Of a stretch of 64,000 nucleotides of DNA, positions 42,835 to 51,954 are shown in pieces. Position numbers and translations under genes: made by a program. Numbering within the stretch: the stretch's first letter is position 1; each line of letters begins with the position of its first letter. The notes under the pieces are model-generated. The model worked only from the letters and a program-made list of their open reading frames with translations, searched no databases and was not told the origin of the DNA. Source of the DNA: an uncultured Chloroflexia bacterium (GTDB lineage: Bacteria > Chloroflexota > Limnocylindria > Limnocylindrales > CSP1-4); NCBI GenBank assembly GCA_963720755.1, contig CAVRGP010000002.1, positions 320,001 through 384,000 on the forward strand, read 5' to 3'.

Positions 42835-43672
42835 CGCCCGGCTCGGCCAGGAAGCTGAGCAGCTCCCGGTTGACCTCCGCCGAGTGGGTCACGCACAACA
42901 CGTGCGGTCCACCGTCGATCTCGACGTACTTGGCGGCCGGGAGAGCGGCGTGCAGACGCCGGCCCTGGCCATCGATGGGCAGGATGCGGTCGGCGGTGCC
43001 GTGAATGATCAGCGTCGGCACGTCGACCCTGGTGATGTCACTGGTGAAGTCCTCCAACCAGCCTTGCGGGCAGGCCCATGTCGCGTACGGGGATGCCGTC
43101 GAGCCGGCGTTCCAGAGGGCCCGCACGGTGTCCTCGCTCACCCGCTTCCCCAGGTAATCCTCGAGGTTGAGGAAGTCGTTGAGCAGCCCGGTCCACCAGG
43201 CATAGCGATCGTCGAGGATGGCCTGCTGCACCCCCGCCACGCCGGCAGCGTCGACGCCCAGCGCGTTCCCGGTCGCCTTGGCGAACGACGGTGCCAGCGA
43301 CTCGATGAACACGCAGCTCCGCAGCCGGCCGGTGCCGTGGGCGCCGATGTAGCGGGCAAGTTCGCCGGTGCCCAGGGAGAAGCCGACCACTGTCGCGTCG
43401 TGCAGGTCCAGCTGAGTCATCAGCTGGTCGAGATCGGCTGCGAGGGTGTCGAAGTCGTAGCCGAAGGTGGGCCGGCTGGACCGACCGAAACCACGGCGAT
43501 CGTAGGTGATGACGCGGTACCCGGCGGCGAGCAGCGGATGGACCTGCAGCTCCCAGGACTGGCTGTCAACGGGCCACCCGTGCAGCAGAACAACGGGCCG
43601 GCCGCTGCCATGATCTTCGATGGACAGCTCGATGGGCCATGAATTTTCATGGCCGACGGTGATGGTTCCCAT
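42812..43672 (-). CDS. Non-heme haloperoxidase/perhydrolase (BpoA2/CpoT-type alpha/beta hydrolase)
   Basis: ITVGHENS..EDHG, YRVITYDRRGFG, GFSLG (Ser), HGTADRILP (Asp) and GGPH (His). GAGGAGG RBS. Confidence 0.9.
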   Translation of the reverse strand: MGTITVGHENSWPIELSIEDHGSGRPVVLLHGWPVDSQSWELQVHPLLAAGYRVITYDRRGFGRSSRPTFGYDFDTLAADLDQLMTQLDLHDATVVGFSLGTGELARYIGAHGTGRLRSCVFIESLAPSFAKATGNALGVDAAGVAGVQQAILDDRYAWWTGLLNDFLNLEDYLGKRVSEDTVRALWNAGSTASPYATWACPQGWLEDFTSDITRVDVPTLIIHGTADRILPIDGQGRRLHAALPAAKYVEIDGGPHVLCVTHSAEVNRELLSFLAEPGDAAPQAG

Positions 43673-43753
43673 TCGGGGCCTCCTCGGGTCGGGGTGATGA
43701 TCCAAGGCTGCTGCTGGGCGGGCGACGGAACCAGACCCGTTGACCGGAGAACT

Positions 43754-43775
43754 GTTTCCGGCTAGCCCTACCCCC
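43754..43775. promoter_or_regulatory. Candidate response-regulator box, copy 1
   Basis: GTTTCCGGCTAGCCCTACCCCC, 21/22 identical to the copy at 44568. Confidence 0.65.
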
Positions 43776-44445
43776 CTGGCGGGTTGTCCGCCCGGTCCGT
43801 TCCGGTGTCGTCGTCGGCCGGTTGACAGGACCGTCGCAGGTCGGCGTTCTCGGCGCGAAGCGCCTCGAGCTCCTGGCGCAGCGCGCCCAGGTGGGGTTCC
43901 AGTTCGGCGACGGTGTAGCGCGGAGTGATGTGCTGGGGACAATTCCAGTCGTAGGCATCAACGGTCACGATGACGCCGCGTTCGACGACGGCGTCAGCAT
44001 CGGGGACGGTCAATTCGGCCACCCGAGCCGGGTCGTCGCTGGCATGGATGACGGTGGCGTGCCCGAAGATCTTCAGCCGCCGTCGATGCGGGTAGTCCAT
44101 CAGGAACATGGCCACCCGGCTGTCGGTGGTCAGATTGCCGGTGCTGATGTATTGCAGATTGCCGCGATGGTCGGCCCACCCCACCGTGGTGTCGTCCAGC
44201 ACCCGCAGGAATCCCGGCGGCCCGCCGCGAAACTGCAGGTACGGCCAACCGGTGTCGCTGACCGTCGCCAGATAGAAGCTGTCCCGGCCCGCCAGGAATT
44301 CGCGGACGTCGGGCGTCATCGGATCCGGCCCCGTCGGTCCTCGGGTGCGCGCCTGGTGCCGGTCGTAGAAGTCCCGGCTGCCGTAGTGCTGCTGGACGGC
44401 CCGCACGGGGTCGGTGAACGCGATCTGACCGTAGTGTCCGCTCAT
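43768..44445 (-). CDS. Pyridoxamine 5'-phosphate oxidase-like FMN-binding protein
   Basis: IAFT..VQ..YGSR, DSFYLATV..GWPYLQFRGGPPGF, GNLQYISTGN, RRRLKIFG and DWNCPQHI. Confidence 0.88.
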   Translation of the reverse strand: MSGHYGQIAFTDPVRAVQQHYGSRDFYDRHQARTRGPTGPDPMTPDVREFLAGRDSFYLATVSDTGWPYLQFRGGPPGFLRVLDDTTVGWADHRGNLQYISTGNLTTDSRVAMFLMDYPHRRRLKIFGHATVIHASDDPARVAELTVPDADAVVERGVIVTVDAYDWNCPQHITPRYTVAELEPHLGALRQELEALRAENADLRRSCQPADDDTGTDRADNPPGG

Positions 44446-44567
44446 GTCGTTGCCTGCCGCATCTCGATTCCTCACGCCATCGTCGGGCACCGGATGGTGC
44501 AAGTGACGGAAATGCCGGAATACTGTCGGTTGGAATCCGCTACCGCCAGCCCCGCCAGCTGGGAAAA

Positions 44568-44589
44568 GTTTCCGGGTAGCCCTACCCCC
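44568..44589. promoter_or_regulatory. Candidate response-regulator box, copy 2
   Basis: GTTTCCGGGTAGCCCTACCCCC containing the palindrome GGGTAG-CC-CTACCC, in the divergent promoter region. Confidence 0.65.
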
Positions 44590-44620
44590 GGTGATGAGCG
44601 GGTGATGCGATCCTGACGGG

Positions 44621-44980
44621 ATGGCCCGCGCAGTGTTGATCGTTGACGACGATGCCGCCTTCGGCGACCTTGCCGCCAGGATCGTGACCGGTTGGGGCCA
44701 TCAGGTGGTCGGTCAGGCGGGCACGGTCGCCACCGCGCTGCTGAGCGCCGAGCAGTTGCGTCCTGATTTCGTGTTGGTCGACATCGGACTTCCGGACGGG
44801 GACGGGTTTTCGCTCGCCCAGCAGCTCGTGGCCATGCCGTGGCCGATGCGCGTCGTGCTCATCTCATCAGATTCCGACCCGTCGAACGCGTCCGCTGCCC
44901 GTCGGGCGGGCGCAGCCGGATTCATCCCCAAGGACGAACTGGCGAGCACCGAGTTGCGCAATTGCATCGAACAAGGATGA
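44621..44980 (+). CDS. Stand-alone response regulator receiver protein
   Basis: LIVDDD, VLVDIGLPDGDG, LISS and FIPK. No output domain (119 aa). Confidence 0.9.
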   Translation: MARAVLIVDDDAAFGDLAARIVTGWGHQVVGQAGTVATALLSAEQLRPDFVLVDIGLPDGDGFSLAQQLVAMPWPMRVVLISSDSDPSNASAARRAGAAGFIPKDELASTELRNCIEQG

Positions 44981-44986
44981 GGGCTG

Positions 44987-45673
44987 ATGGACGTCACGAC
45001 CCAGGTCACGTCGCCACTCCGGGTGATCATCGGAGAGGACGATGTTCTGCTGCGCGAGGGTATTTCGCGAATCCTGGTCGGTGCGGGGCTCGACGTGGTG
45101 GCGCAGGCGGGTGACGCCGACGAACTGCTGAGCAAATCCCTGGCATTTCGCCCGGACGTGACGATCGCCGACGTCCGGATGCCGCCCCGCCGCGAGGACG
45201 ACGGTCTGCAGGCCGCGATCGAAGTCCGTCGGCGGCTGCCCGGCACCGGTGTGCTGATCCTGTCCCAGTACTGCGAGCCGAGTTTCGCGATCGACCTGAT
45301 CGACAACGACCCGGCCGGTGTCGGCTACCTGCTCAAGGAACGGGTGGGCGACGTGCCGACCTTCATCGATGCCGTGCATCGGGTCGCCGCCGGCGGCAGC
45401 GCGCTGGACCCGGAGGTGATCACCGTGATGCTGGGGCGTCCGGCACCGGGTGATGCGTTGTCCCCGTTGACACCGCGGGAACGCGAGGTGTTGGCCGCGA
45501 TGGCCGAAGGCAGGTCCAACCTCGGCATCTCGCAGTCGCTGCTGGTCAGCCAGGCAGCCGTGGAGAAATACGTGACGTCCATCTTCCGCAAACTGGAGAT
45601 CCCGCCGGTGGGGACGGACCACCGCCGGGTACTGGCGGTGTTGTCGTACCTGCAGCACAAGGATGGACGATGA
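44987..45673 (+). CDS. NarL/LuxR family response regulator
   Basis: IGEDD, ADVRMPP, GYLLKER and LTPREREVLAAMAEGRSN HTH. Confidence 0.95.
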   Translation: MDVTTQVTSPLRVIIGEDDVLLREGISRILVGAGLDVVAQAGDADELLSKSLAFRPDVTIADVRMPPRREDDGLQAAIEVRRRLPGTGVLILSQYCEPSFAIDLIDNDPAGVGYLLKERVGDVPTFIDAVHRVAAGGSALDPEVITVMLGRPAPGDALSPLTPREREVLAAMAEGRSNLGISQSLLVSQAAVEKYVTSIFRKLEIPPVGTDHRRVLAVLSYLQHKDGR

Positions 45674-45740
45674 GTGCGCCTGCCACCGGCACGTCAACGC
45701 CGATGGTCCCGATCGCGCCGAGCACACAAGAAGGCGACCG

Positions 45741-48700
45741 GTGAGCACCCGCCGAAATCGAGCTCGGCCCGGCTCGCTGGTCGAGCGCCCGACGCCCCGT
45801 CCGCGCCGACCGAACGGCGTTGGTGCGGCGGAGGATTCGGCCCTGGCGCTGGCCGAGCAGTACTACTCCGCCATCAACGCGCGTGATCTTGACAACTGGG
45901 TCGAACTGCTGGACGAGGATGTGGAGGTGGTCGTCGACGCCGGTGTCCTGCGTGGCCGATTGGGTGCCCGCGCCTACCTCAACGGCGTCCTGCAGGCCTG
46001 TCCCGGTGTCGTGGTGGTTTCCCGCCGGGTGGTGGCCGCATCCCGGGACGCGGTGGTATCCGAGTTCCACCTGGCCAATCCGATGGCGGCAGTGGCGCCG
46101 AATCCCGCGGCGAGCGACGATCCGGCCCTGCCGTGGCGGCTGGACGGCGTGACCTGTGAGGTCCTGAGGTTGCGCGACAACAGGTTGGTGTCACTGCACA
46201 GCTACTACTCGCCGCGCCCGACCGACCGGACGCCGACCGCCGAGGTGCCGTCCCGGGCCGAGGCGGCCCGGATCGCCAACCGGCAGGCCGCCCTCGGCCA
46301 GGTAGCGACCCACGCCGCCGGTGGGGGGTCGGAGCGGGAACTGGTCACGGTGATCAATCAGGTCATCGCGGAGTTGGCGGGCGTCGACATCAGCCTGATG
46401 ATCCGGTTCGAAACCGTTGACTCTGCGGTGGTGCTCGCCGCGTCGGGTTGGGCCGACGCCCCCGACCTCGTGGGCAGCAGATTGCTCGTCGACGACAACC
46501 TTCGGGCGGTGCGGCATCTTGGCCGTGCGCAGCGCTTCGCCGCGCAGGCCTGGCCGTTGCGCGATCTGCTGGGCGGGGCGGTCGGCGGTGATGATCTTCG
46601 CTGGTACGTCGCCATCCCGATCTCCCTGCACGGAAGCATCTGGGGCGTCAGTGTTCTCGGCTCCACTCGCGAGGAGACCTTCAGCGACGGGGTGGAAGAG
46701 GGGATCGCGGCCTTCACCCAGTTGGTGACCTCGGTGCTGGCCAATGCGCGGGCCAACGACGAACTGCGCGAACGGGCCCGCGAGCAGGCGCAACTGCTGG
46801 AGGTGGCCGAGATCGCGGCCGGCGGGGCCGAGCCGGCGGAGGTCTTCGCTGCCATCACCCGTTCCGCGTCCGCCCTGGTCGACGGCGTCGCGACGATGTT
46901 GCTGAGGTTCGTCGACGAACAGTCGGCCGACATGCTCGCGGTGCACGGCTTCGACAGCGACATCCCGCCGGCCGGTCGGCGGGTCACCGTCGACCCGGAC
47001 GGAGTGGTGGCACAGGTGCAACGCACCGGTGAGACCGCACGGATCGACGACTATCGCCTGCCCCCGGGGAATCGGCTGGCGCTGCAGGTCGGCATCCGCG
47101 CGTCGGTGGGTGTGCCGGTCGCCGTCGGCGGCCGTCCCTGGGGCATCCTGCTGGCAAGTTCCGGCGAGGACCCGCTGCCGGCCACGGCCGAACATCGGCT
47201 GTCGCTGATCGCCGGAACCGGTGCCGCCGCAGTCGCGGGCGCCCAGGCCCGCGGCGAACTGCTCGCGCTGGCCAGGGAGCAGGCCGCATTGCGCCGGGTG
47301 GCCGAACTGGTCGCTCGGGGTATCAGCCAGGAACAGATCTTCGCGGCGCTCACCGCCGAGGCAACCAACCTGATCGATGAGGCCACCACCCTGATCCGGT
47401 TCGAGCACGAACGGAGTTTCACCGTCGTCGCCACCAGCGGCGGCCCGGATCCCGTCGGTACCCGGGTCGAGATCAGCGCCGACGAGCAGGGTCTGGTGGC
47501 GAAGATCCTGCGCACGCGGCGGCCGGCCCGGATCGACGCCGGTGAGCGGCCCGGACGGATCGACGGTCGCCAGGACGGCGAAGAACATGGCGGCACGTCG
47601 GCGGTGGGCGTACCCATCATGGTCGGTGCCCGGCTCTGGGGGGTGCTGGGCGCGTCGAGCACGGACCGTCGATTGGCGACCACGGTCGAGGACGGTCTGC
47701 TGCAGTTTGCCGGGACCATGGCTGCGGCGGTGGCCAACGGTGAGGCTCGCGGACAACTCCAGGATCTGGCAGACGAGCAGGCCGCGCTGCGCAGGGTGGC
47801 CGAACTCGCGGCCCGGGACGCCCAGGCGGCGGAGGTGCTGGCGGTCGTCGCCAAGGAGTCCTCCGTGCTGGCCGGCGTTGACTTCGGGATGGTGCTGAGC
47901 TACGACGATCCCGACGGCGGCAGCCGCATCGTGGCGCTGGACGGCGCGCCCGCCGAATTCGTCATCGGGATGCGTGCACCCGGAACGGGTGACGGTGCGG
48001 TACAACGGGTCTGGCGATCCGGCCGGGCGGCCCGGATCAACGATCTCAGCACCGTCGGTGGGCGCTGGCCGCGCATGGCGCACGCCCTCGGTTACACCAC
48101 CAGCGCCGGCGTGCCGATCGTCATCGGCGGCAAGGTCTGGGGTGCACTGATCGTGGTCGGACGGCATCGGGTTTTCACGGCCGACATCGAGGAGCACCTG
48201 ACGCACTTCGCCGAGCTGGCCGGGACCGCGATCGCCAGCACGGAAGCGCGCCAGAAGCTCCGGAACCTCGCGGACGAGCAGGCGGCACTTCGCCGGATCG
48301 CCGAGCTCGCCGCCCACGAGGCGCCGGCGGAAGAGGTCCTCGGGGCTGTCGCGGAGGAGGCGTCGACGCTGGCCGGTGTGGATTTCACCGCGATGCTGCG
48401 TTTCGAACCGGATGGCAGCACCTCGATCGTCGCCCTGGACGGCGCTCCGGACGGCATCGTCGTCGGCATGCGGGCGCCGGGGACCGGTGATGGTGCGACG
48501 CAACGGGTCTGGCGGACCCGCCGACCGGCCAGGATCGACGACCTCAGCCAGATGTCCGGCGTGTGGCCGAAACTGGCCGCCGCCAACGGGTTCGATGCCA
48601 GCGCGGCGGTGCCGGTCGTCATGCATGGGCGGTTGTGGGGGGTGCTGGTCGTGGTGGGACGGCTCGCGGCTTTCCCGCCGGCCATCGAAGAGCACCTGGG

Positions 48701-49883
48701 CAACTTCGCCGATCTGGCGGGTACCGCGGTCTCGGCCGCCGACGCGCGTCAGGAGCTCAGGCTGCTCGCCGACGAGCAGGCGGCGGTGCGCGGGGTGGCA
48801 GAACAGGTCGCCCGCGGCGCCACCCTCGACGAGGTTTTCGCCGCCGTCGCAGCGGAAACCTCCGCCCTGGTCAACGACCTGCCCACCGTGGTGGTGCGGT
48901 ATGACCAGGTCGCGGGCGAGGGCGCAGTCGCTGACGGAGTCGCGGTGGCGGTCGCCCGGGCGAATGACGCCACCCCGATCGGGCTGCCGTTGGTGATCGC
49001 CACGAACGATGACGTGCTGGGCGAACTCCGCCGGTCCGGGCGCGCCGTCCGCTTCGATACCGTCACCACCGTTGTCCCGGCGGGCTTTGCCACCGACTTG
49101 GCGGTCCGCGGCGGGGTCGCGGTGCCGGTCACCGTCGAGGGGCGCGTGTGGGGGGCGTTGGCCGTGGGCACGCCGGACCCGCCACTCGCCGCTGGGACCG
49201 AGGAGAGGCTGACGCCGTTCGCTGAACTGACCGCCGTCGCGATCGCCAACGCCGACAACAAGGCCAAGCTCACGGCGTCTCGCGCGCGCGTCATCGCCAC
49301 TGCGGACGAGACCCGGCGGCGGGTGCAACGCGACGTCCATGACGGCGCCCAGCAACGGCTCGTGCACACGATCATCGCGCTGAAGCTGGCCCGGGATGCG
49401 GTGCAGGCCGGCCAGTCGCCGGAGGATCTTCTGCACGAGGCGCTCAGCAATGCCGAGCGGGCCAGCAAGGAACTGCGGGACATCGTGCGCGGCATCCTGC
49501 CGGCGTCGCTGACCCGCGGCGGGTTGCACAGCGGCCTGGAGTCGATCGTGGCCGACCTTTCGCTGCCGGTCGAGCTTCGGGTCGACGCCCCCCGGTTGCC
49601 GGCGGACATCGAGACGACCGCCTACTTCATCGTGGCCGAGGCGATGACGAACGTCGTCAAGCACGCACAGGCCACCCGGGCGATCGTCGACGTCCACGTC
49701 GACCGCCGGACGCTGGTGATCGAGGTCAGCGACGACGGGATCGGGGGCGCCGACGCGGCGGGCGGTAGCGGCCTGACCGGGCTGCTCGACCGGGTGGAAG
49801 CCGGCAACGGGACGTTCGCGGTGATGAGCCGGCCGGGTGCCGGCACCATCATTCGCGCGACGTTGCCAGTGGCGAATCAGTAG
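45741..49883 (+). CDS. Cytoplasmic sensor histidine kinase: SnoaL/NTF2-like domain + 6 GAF + HisKA_3 + HATPase_c
   Basis: N-terminal AEQYYSAINARDLDNWVELLDED..LRDNRLV. Six repeats starting xxQAALxxVA. RDVHDGAQQRL, EAMTNVVKHA, DDGIGG and GSGL. No TM segment. Start GTG 45741 or ATG 45663. Confidence 0.9.
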   Translation: MSTRRNRARPGSLVERPTPRPRRPNGVGAAEDSALALAEQYYSAINARDLDNWVELLDEDVEVVVDAGVLRGRLGARAYLNGVLQACPGVVVVSRRVVAASRDAVVSEFHLANPMAAVAPNPAASDDPALPWRLDGVTCEVLRLRDNRLVSLHSYYSPRPTDRTPTAEVPSRAEAARIANRQAALGQVATHAAGGGSERELVTVINQVIAELAGVDISLMIRFETVDSAVVLAASGWADAPDLVGSRLLVDDNLRAVRHLGRAQRFAAQAWPLRDLLGGAVGGDDLRWYVAIPISLHGSIWGVSVLGSTREETFSDGVEEGIAAFTQLVTSVLANARANDELRERAREQAQLLEVAEIAAGGAEPAEVFAAITRSASALVDGVATMLLRFVDEQSADMLAVHGFDSDIPPAGRRVTVDPDGVVAQVQRTGETARIDDYRLPPGNRLALQVGIRASVGVPVAVGGRPWGILLASSGEDPLPATAEHRLSLIAGTGAAAVAGAQARGELLALAREQAALRRVAELVARGISQEQIFAALTAEATNLIDEATTLIRFEHERSFTVVATSGGPDPVGTRVEISADEQGLVAKILRTRRPARIDAGERPGRIDGRQDGEEHGGTSAVGVPIMVGARLWGVLGASSTDRRLATTVEDGLLQFAGTMAAAVANGEARGQLQDLADEQAALRRVAELAARDAQAAEVLAVVAKESSVLAGVDFGMVLSYDDPDGGSRIVALDGAPAEFVIGMRAPGTGDGAVQRVWRSGRAARINDLSTVGGRWPRMAHALGYTTSAGVPIVIGGKVWGALIVVGRHRVFTADIEEHLTHFAELAGTAIASTEARQKLRNLADEQAALRRIAELAAHEAPAEEVLGAVAEEASTLAGVDFTAMLRFEPDGSTSIVALDGAPDGIVVGMRAPGTGDGATQRVWRTRRPARIDDLSQMSGVWPKLAAANGFDASAAVPVVMHGRLWGVLVVVGRLAAFPPAIEEHLGNFADLAGTAVSAADARQELRLLADEQAAVRGVAEQVARGATLDEVFAAVAAETSALVNDLPTVVVRYDQVAGEGAVADGVAVAVARANDATPIGLPLVIATNDDVLGELRRSGRAVRFDTVTTVVPAGFATDLAVRGGVAVPVTVEGRVWGALAVGTPDPPLAAGTEERLTPFAELTAVAIANADNKAKLTASRARVIATADETRRRVQRDVHDGAQQRLVHTIIALKLARDAVQAGQSPEDLLHEALSNAERASKELRDIVRGILPASLTRGGLHSGLESIVADLSLPVELRVDAPRLPADIETTAYFIVAEAMTNVVKHAQATRAIVDVHVDRRTLVIEVSDDGIGGADAAGGSGLTGLLDRVEAGNGTFAVMSRPGAGTIIRATLPVANQ

Positions 49884-49960
49884 TCAGGCGCGGAAGGTGA
49901 CCTGCCGTCGCGCGGCGGCGCGGTCGCGCCTGACGTGAGGTGCGCCGGGTGACCTCGCGG

Positions 49961-51580
49961 TCAGCCGGCGACCCGGGCGATCGCCGGGTGACCCGGCGAG
50001 ACCTGGGTGGTGGACGGGGTGATGCCGGCCAGCTTCATCAGCTTGCGCAGATCGGCGGCCTGGTCGGGCAGCATGACGGTCACGACCGTGCCGCCGGCGC
50101 CGGCCCTGGCGGTGCGGCCCGAACGGTGCAGGTACGCCTTGTGCTCGGTCGGCGGATCCAGGTGCACAACCAGTTCGACGTCGTCGACATGGATGCCGCG
50201 GGCGGCGATGTCGGTGGCAACCAGCACCTTGGCGCTGCCGGAGGAGAACGCCGCGAGGTTGCGCTCGCGGGCGTTCTGCGACAGGTTGCCGTGCAAGTCG
50301 ACTGCCGGGATGCCCTGCTTGGTGAGCGCGGCGGCCCACTTCTTCGCGCTGTGCTTGGTGCGGGTGAACAGCATCCGGCGGCCGCCGCCCTGGGCGAGCT
50401 CGCGGATCACCTGCGGGCGGTTCTCGTTGCTGACAGCGAAGACATGGTGCTCCATGGTGTCGACCGGGGAGGTCTCGTCATCGACGGCGTGCAGGATCGG
50501 GTCGGTAAGGAATTCCTTGACCAGCACGGAGATCCCGTTGTCCAGCGTTGCGGAGAACAGCAGCCGCTGGCCGCGGGCCGGGGTGGTGCGCAGCAATCGG
50601 CGGACGACCGGCAGGAAGCCGAGGTCGGCCATGTGGTCGGCCTCGTCGAGCACAGTGACCTCGACGGTGCTGAGATCGCAGGCCTTTTGGTTCACCAGAT
50701 CCTCGAGCCGTCCCGGGCAGGCGATGACGATGTCGACACCGCTGCGTAGCGCGCTGGTCTGGTTGCCGTAGCCGACACCGCCGAAGATCACCACGGTGCG
50801 CAGGCCCGCGGCCTTGGCCAGCGGCTCGACGGTGCGGGCCACCTGCAGGGCGAGCTCTCGGGTGGGTAGCAGGATCAGGCCACGCGGCTTGCCGGCGACC
50901 CGGCGTCCGCCGGTGAGCCGGGTGACCAGCGGGATCGCGAAGGCGATGGTCTTACCGGAGCCGGTCTTGCCGCGGCCCAGCACATCCCGGCCTTCGAGGG
51001 TGTGCGGCAGGGTGGCTTCCTGGATCGGGAAGGGTGACACCGCACCGAGTGTCGTCAATACGGGCAGCAGTGAGGCGGGCACCCCGAGTTCGGCGAAACT
51101 CGCGGTCGGCTGGCCGGGGACGTTCGGGACGCGCTGTGCTGCAACGGGAAAGGCGGTGACGGTGGCCAGTGCGGGAGCCTGCCGGGCGGGAGCCTGCTTG
51201 GCTGGAGCCTGCCGGGCGGGAGCCTGCTGGCGGGGCGGATTCTGTCGGCCACCGTTGCCGCGCGACGTGTTCTGCACGGCCGGCCGAGGAGTCTCGGCGC
51301 CACGCTGGCGCCGGCGGCGTCCTTCGCCACCAACGGCGTTGCGGTTGGCCGCCGACGGAGAATCGTCGCGGCTCACCCGGTCGGCGGCGGTACGGGGGCG
51401 GTTGCCGGCGGCCCTGGGTGCGCTGTCGCGACCGGCGGGCGCGTCGCTGCTACGGATGCTGGAGGAGAAGGCGCCGACGGAAAATGCCCCCGTGGTGAAC
51501 GCGTCGTCCCGCGCCGGGGCGGGACGATCGGTCGAACGGGCGGGGGTATGCGGGCGCGACGAAGAGTTGGCAATGCTCAT
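49961..51580 (-). CDS. DEAD-box ATP-dependent RNA helicase
   Basis: Q-motif FPIQ, GKTGSGKT, PTRELA, LDEAD, FSAT, TDIAARG and HRSGRTAR. The 3' end may be affected by an indel. Confidence 0.95.
   Translation of the reverse strand: MSIANSSSRPHTPARSTDRPAPARDDAFTTGAFSVGAFSSSIRSSDAPAGRDSAPRAAGNRPRTAADRVSRDDSPSAANRNAVGGEGRRRRQRGAETPRPAVQNTSRGNGGRQNPPRQQAPARQAPAKQAPARQAPALATVTAFPVAAQRVPNVPGQPTASFAELGVPASLLPVLTTLGAVSPFPIQEATLPHTLEGRDVLGRGKTGSGKTIAFAIPLVTRLTGGRRVAGKPRGLILLPTRELALQVARTVEPLAKAAGLRTVVIFGGVGYGNQTSALRSGVDIVIACPGRLEDLVNQKACDLSTVEVTVLDEADHMADLGFLPVVRRLLRTTPARGQRLLFSATLDNGISVLVKEFLTDPILHAVDDETSPVDTMEHHVFAVSNENRPQVIRELAQGGGRRMLFTRTKHSAKKWAAALTKQGIPAVDLHGNLSQNARERNLAAFSSGSAKVLVATDIAARGIHVDDVELVVHLDPPTEHKAYLHRSGRTARAGAGGTVVTVMLPDQAADLRKLMKLAGITPSTTQVSPGHPAIARVAG
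51171..51230 (-). repeat. Coding 15-bp tandem repeat x4 (R/K/Q-QAPA)
   Basis: GCGGGAGCCTGCCGG-like units at 51171, 51186, 51201 and 51216. Confidence 0.85.
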
Positions 51581-51954
51581 GAAAAGTGAAGATCCTTACG
51601 GTCGGACAGGCGGGTGGCCGTGATGCTGACCGACTCGCGATGTCCGTGACACCCGCGTGGAGGCAGGAACGCCTTCGTTGGCATTCACAGCAGCGACCTC
51701 GACGGACACCAGGACGGTCCCGTCGTTGATCATCCTACGGGACCGTTCCCCATTCCCCGGCCGCAGTAGGCAACGTCACGTTCTGCCTCATCGCTGGCCC
51801 GCGCCGATCATCTTCCCCCCGCGCCGATCATCGTGGCCTGAATGTGGCTGGTGGGACAGAAGTCGACGACTTCAGCCGCGCCGGCCGATGATGATCGGCG
51901 CCGCCAACGGGGGGCCGAGGGGGCGAGGGGGCGGGGCGGCGGGGCAACGCGTGG

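Noticed and set aside
46191-49697. Long antisense ORFs (1168 aa here; also 1848-3752, 10983-12566, 52327-54033, 62440-63981)
   Set aside because: These are shadows of real genes, expected from high-GC codon bias, and show no protein motifs.
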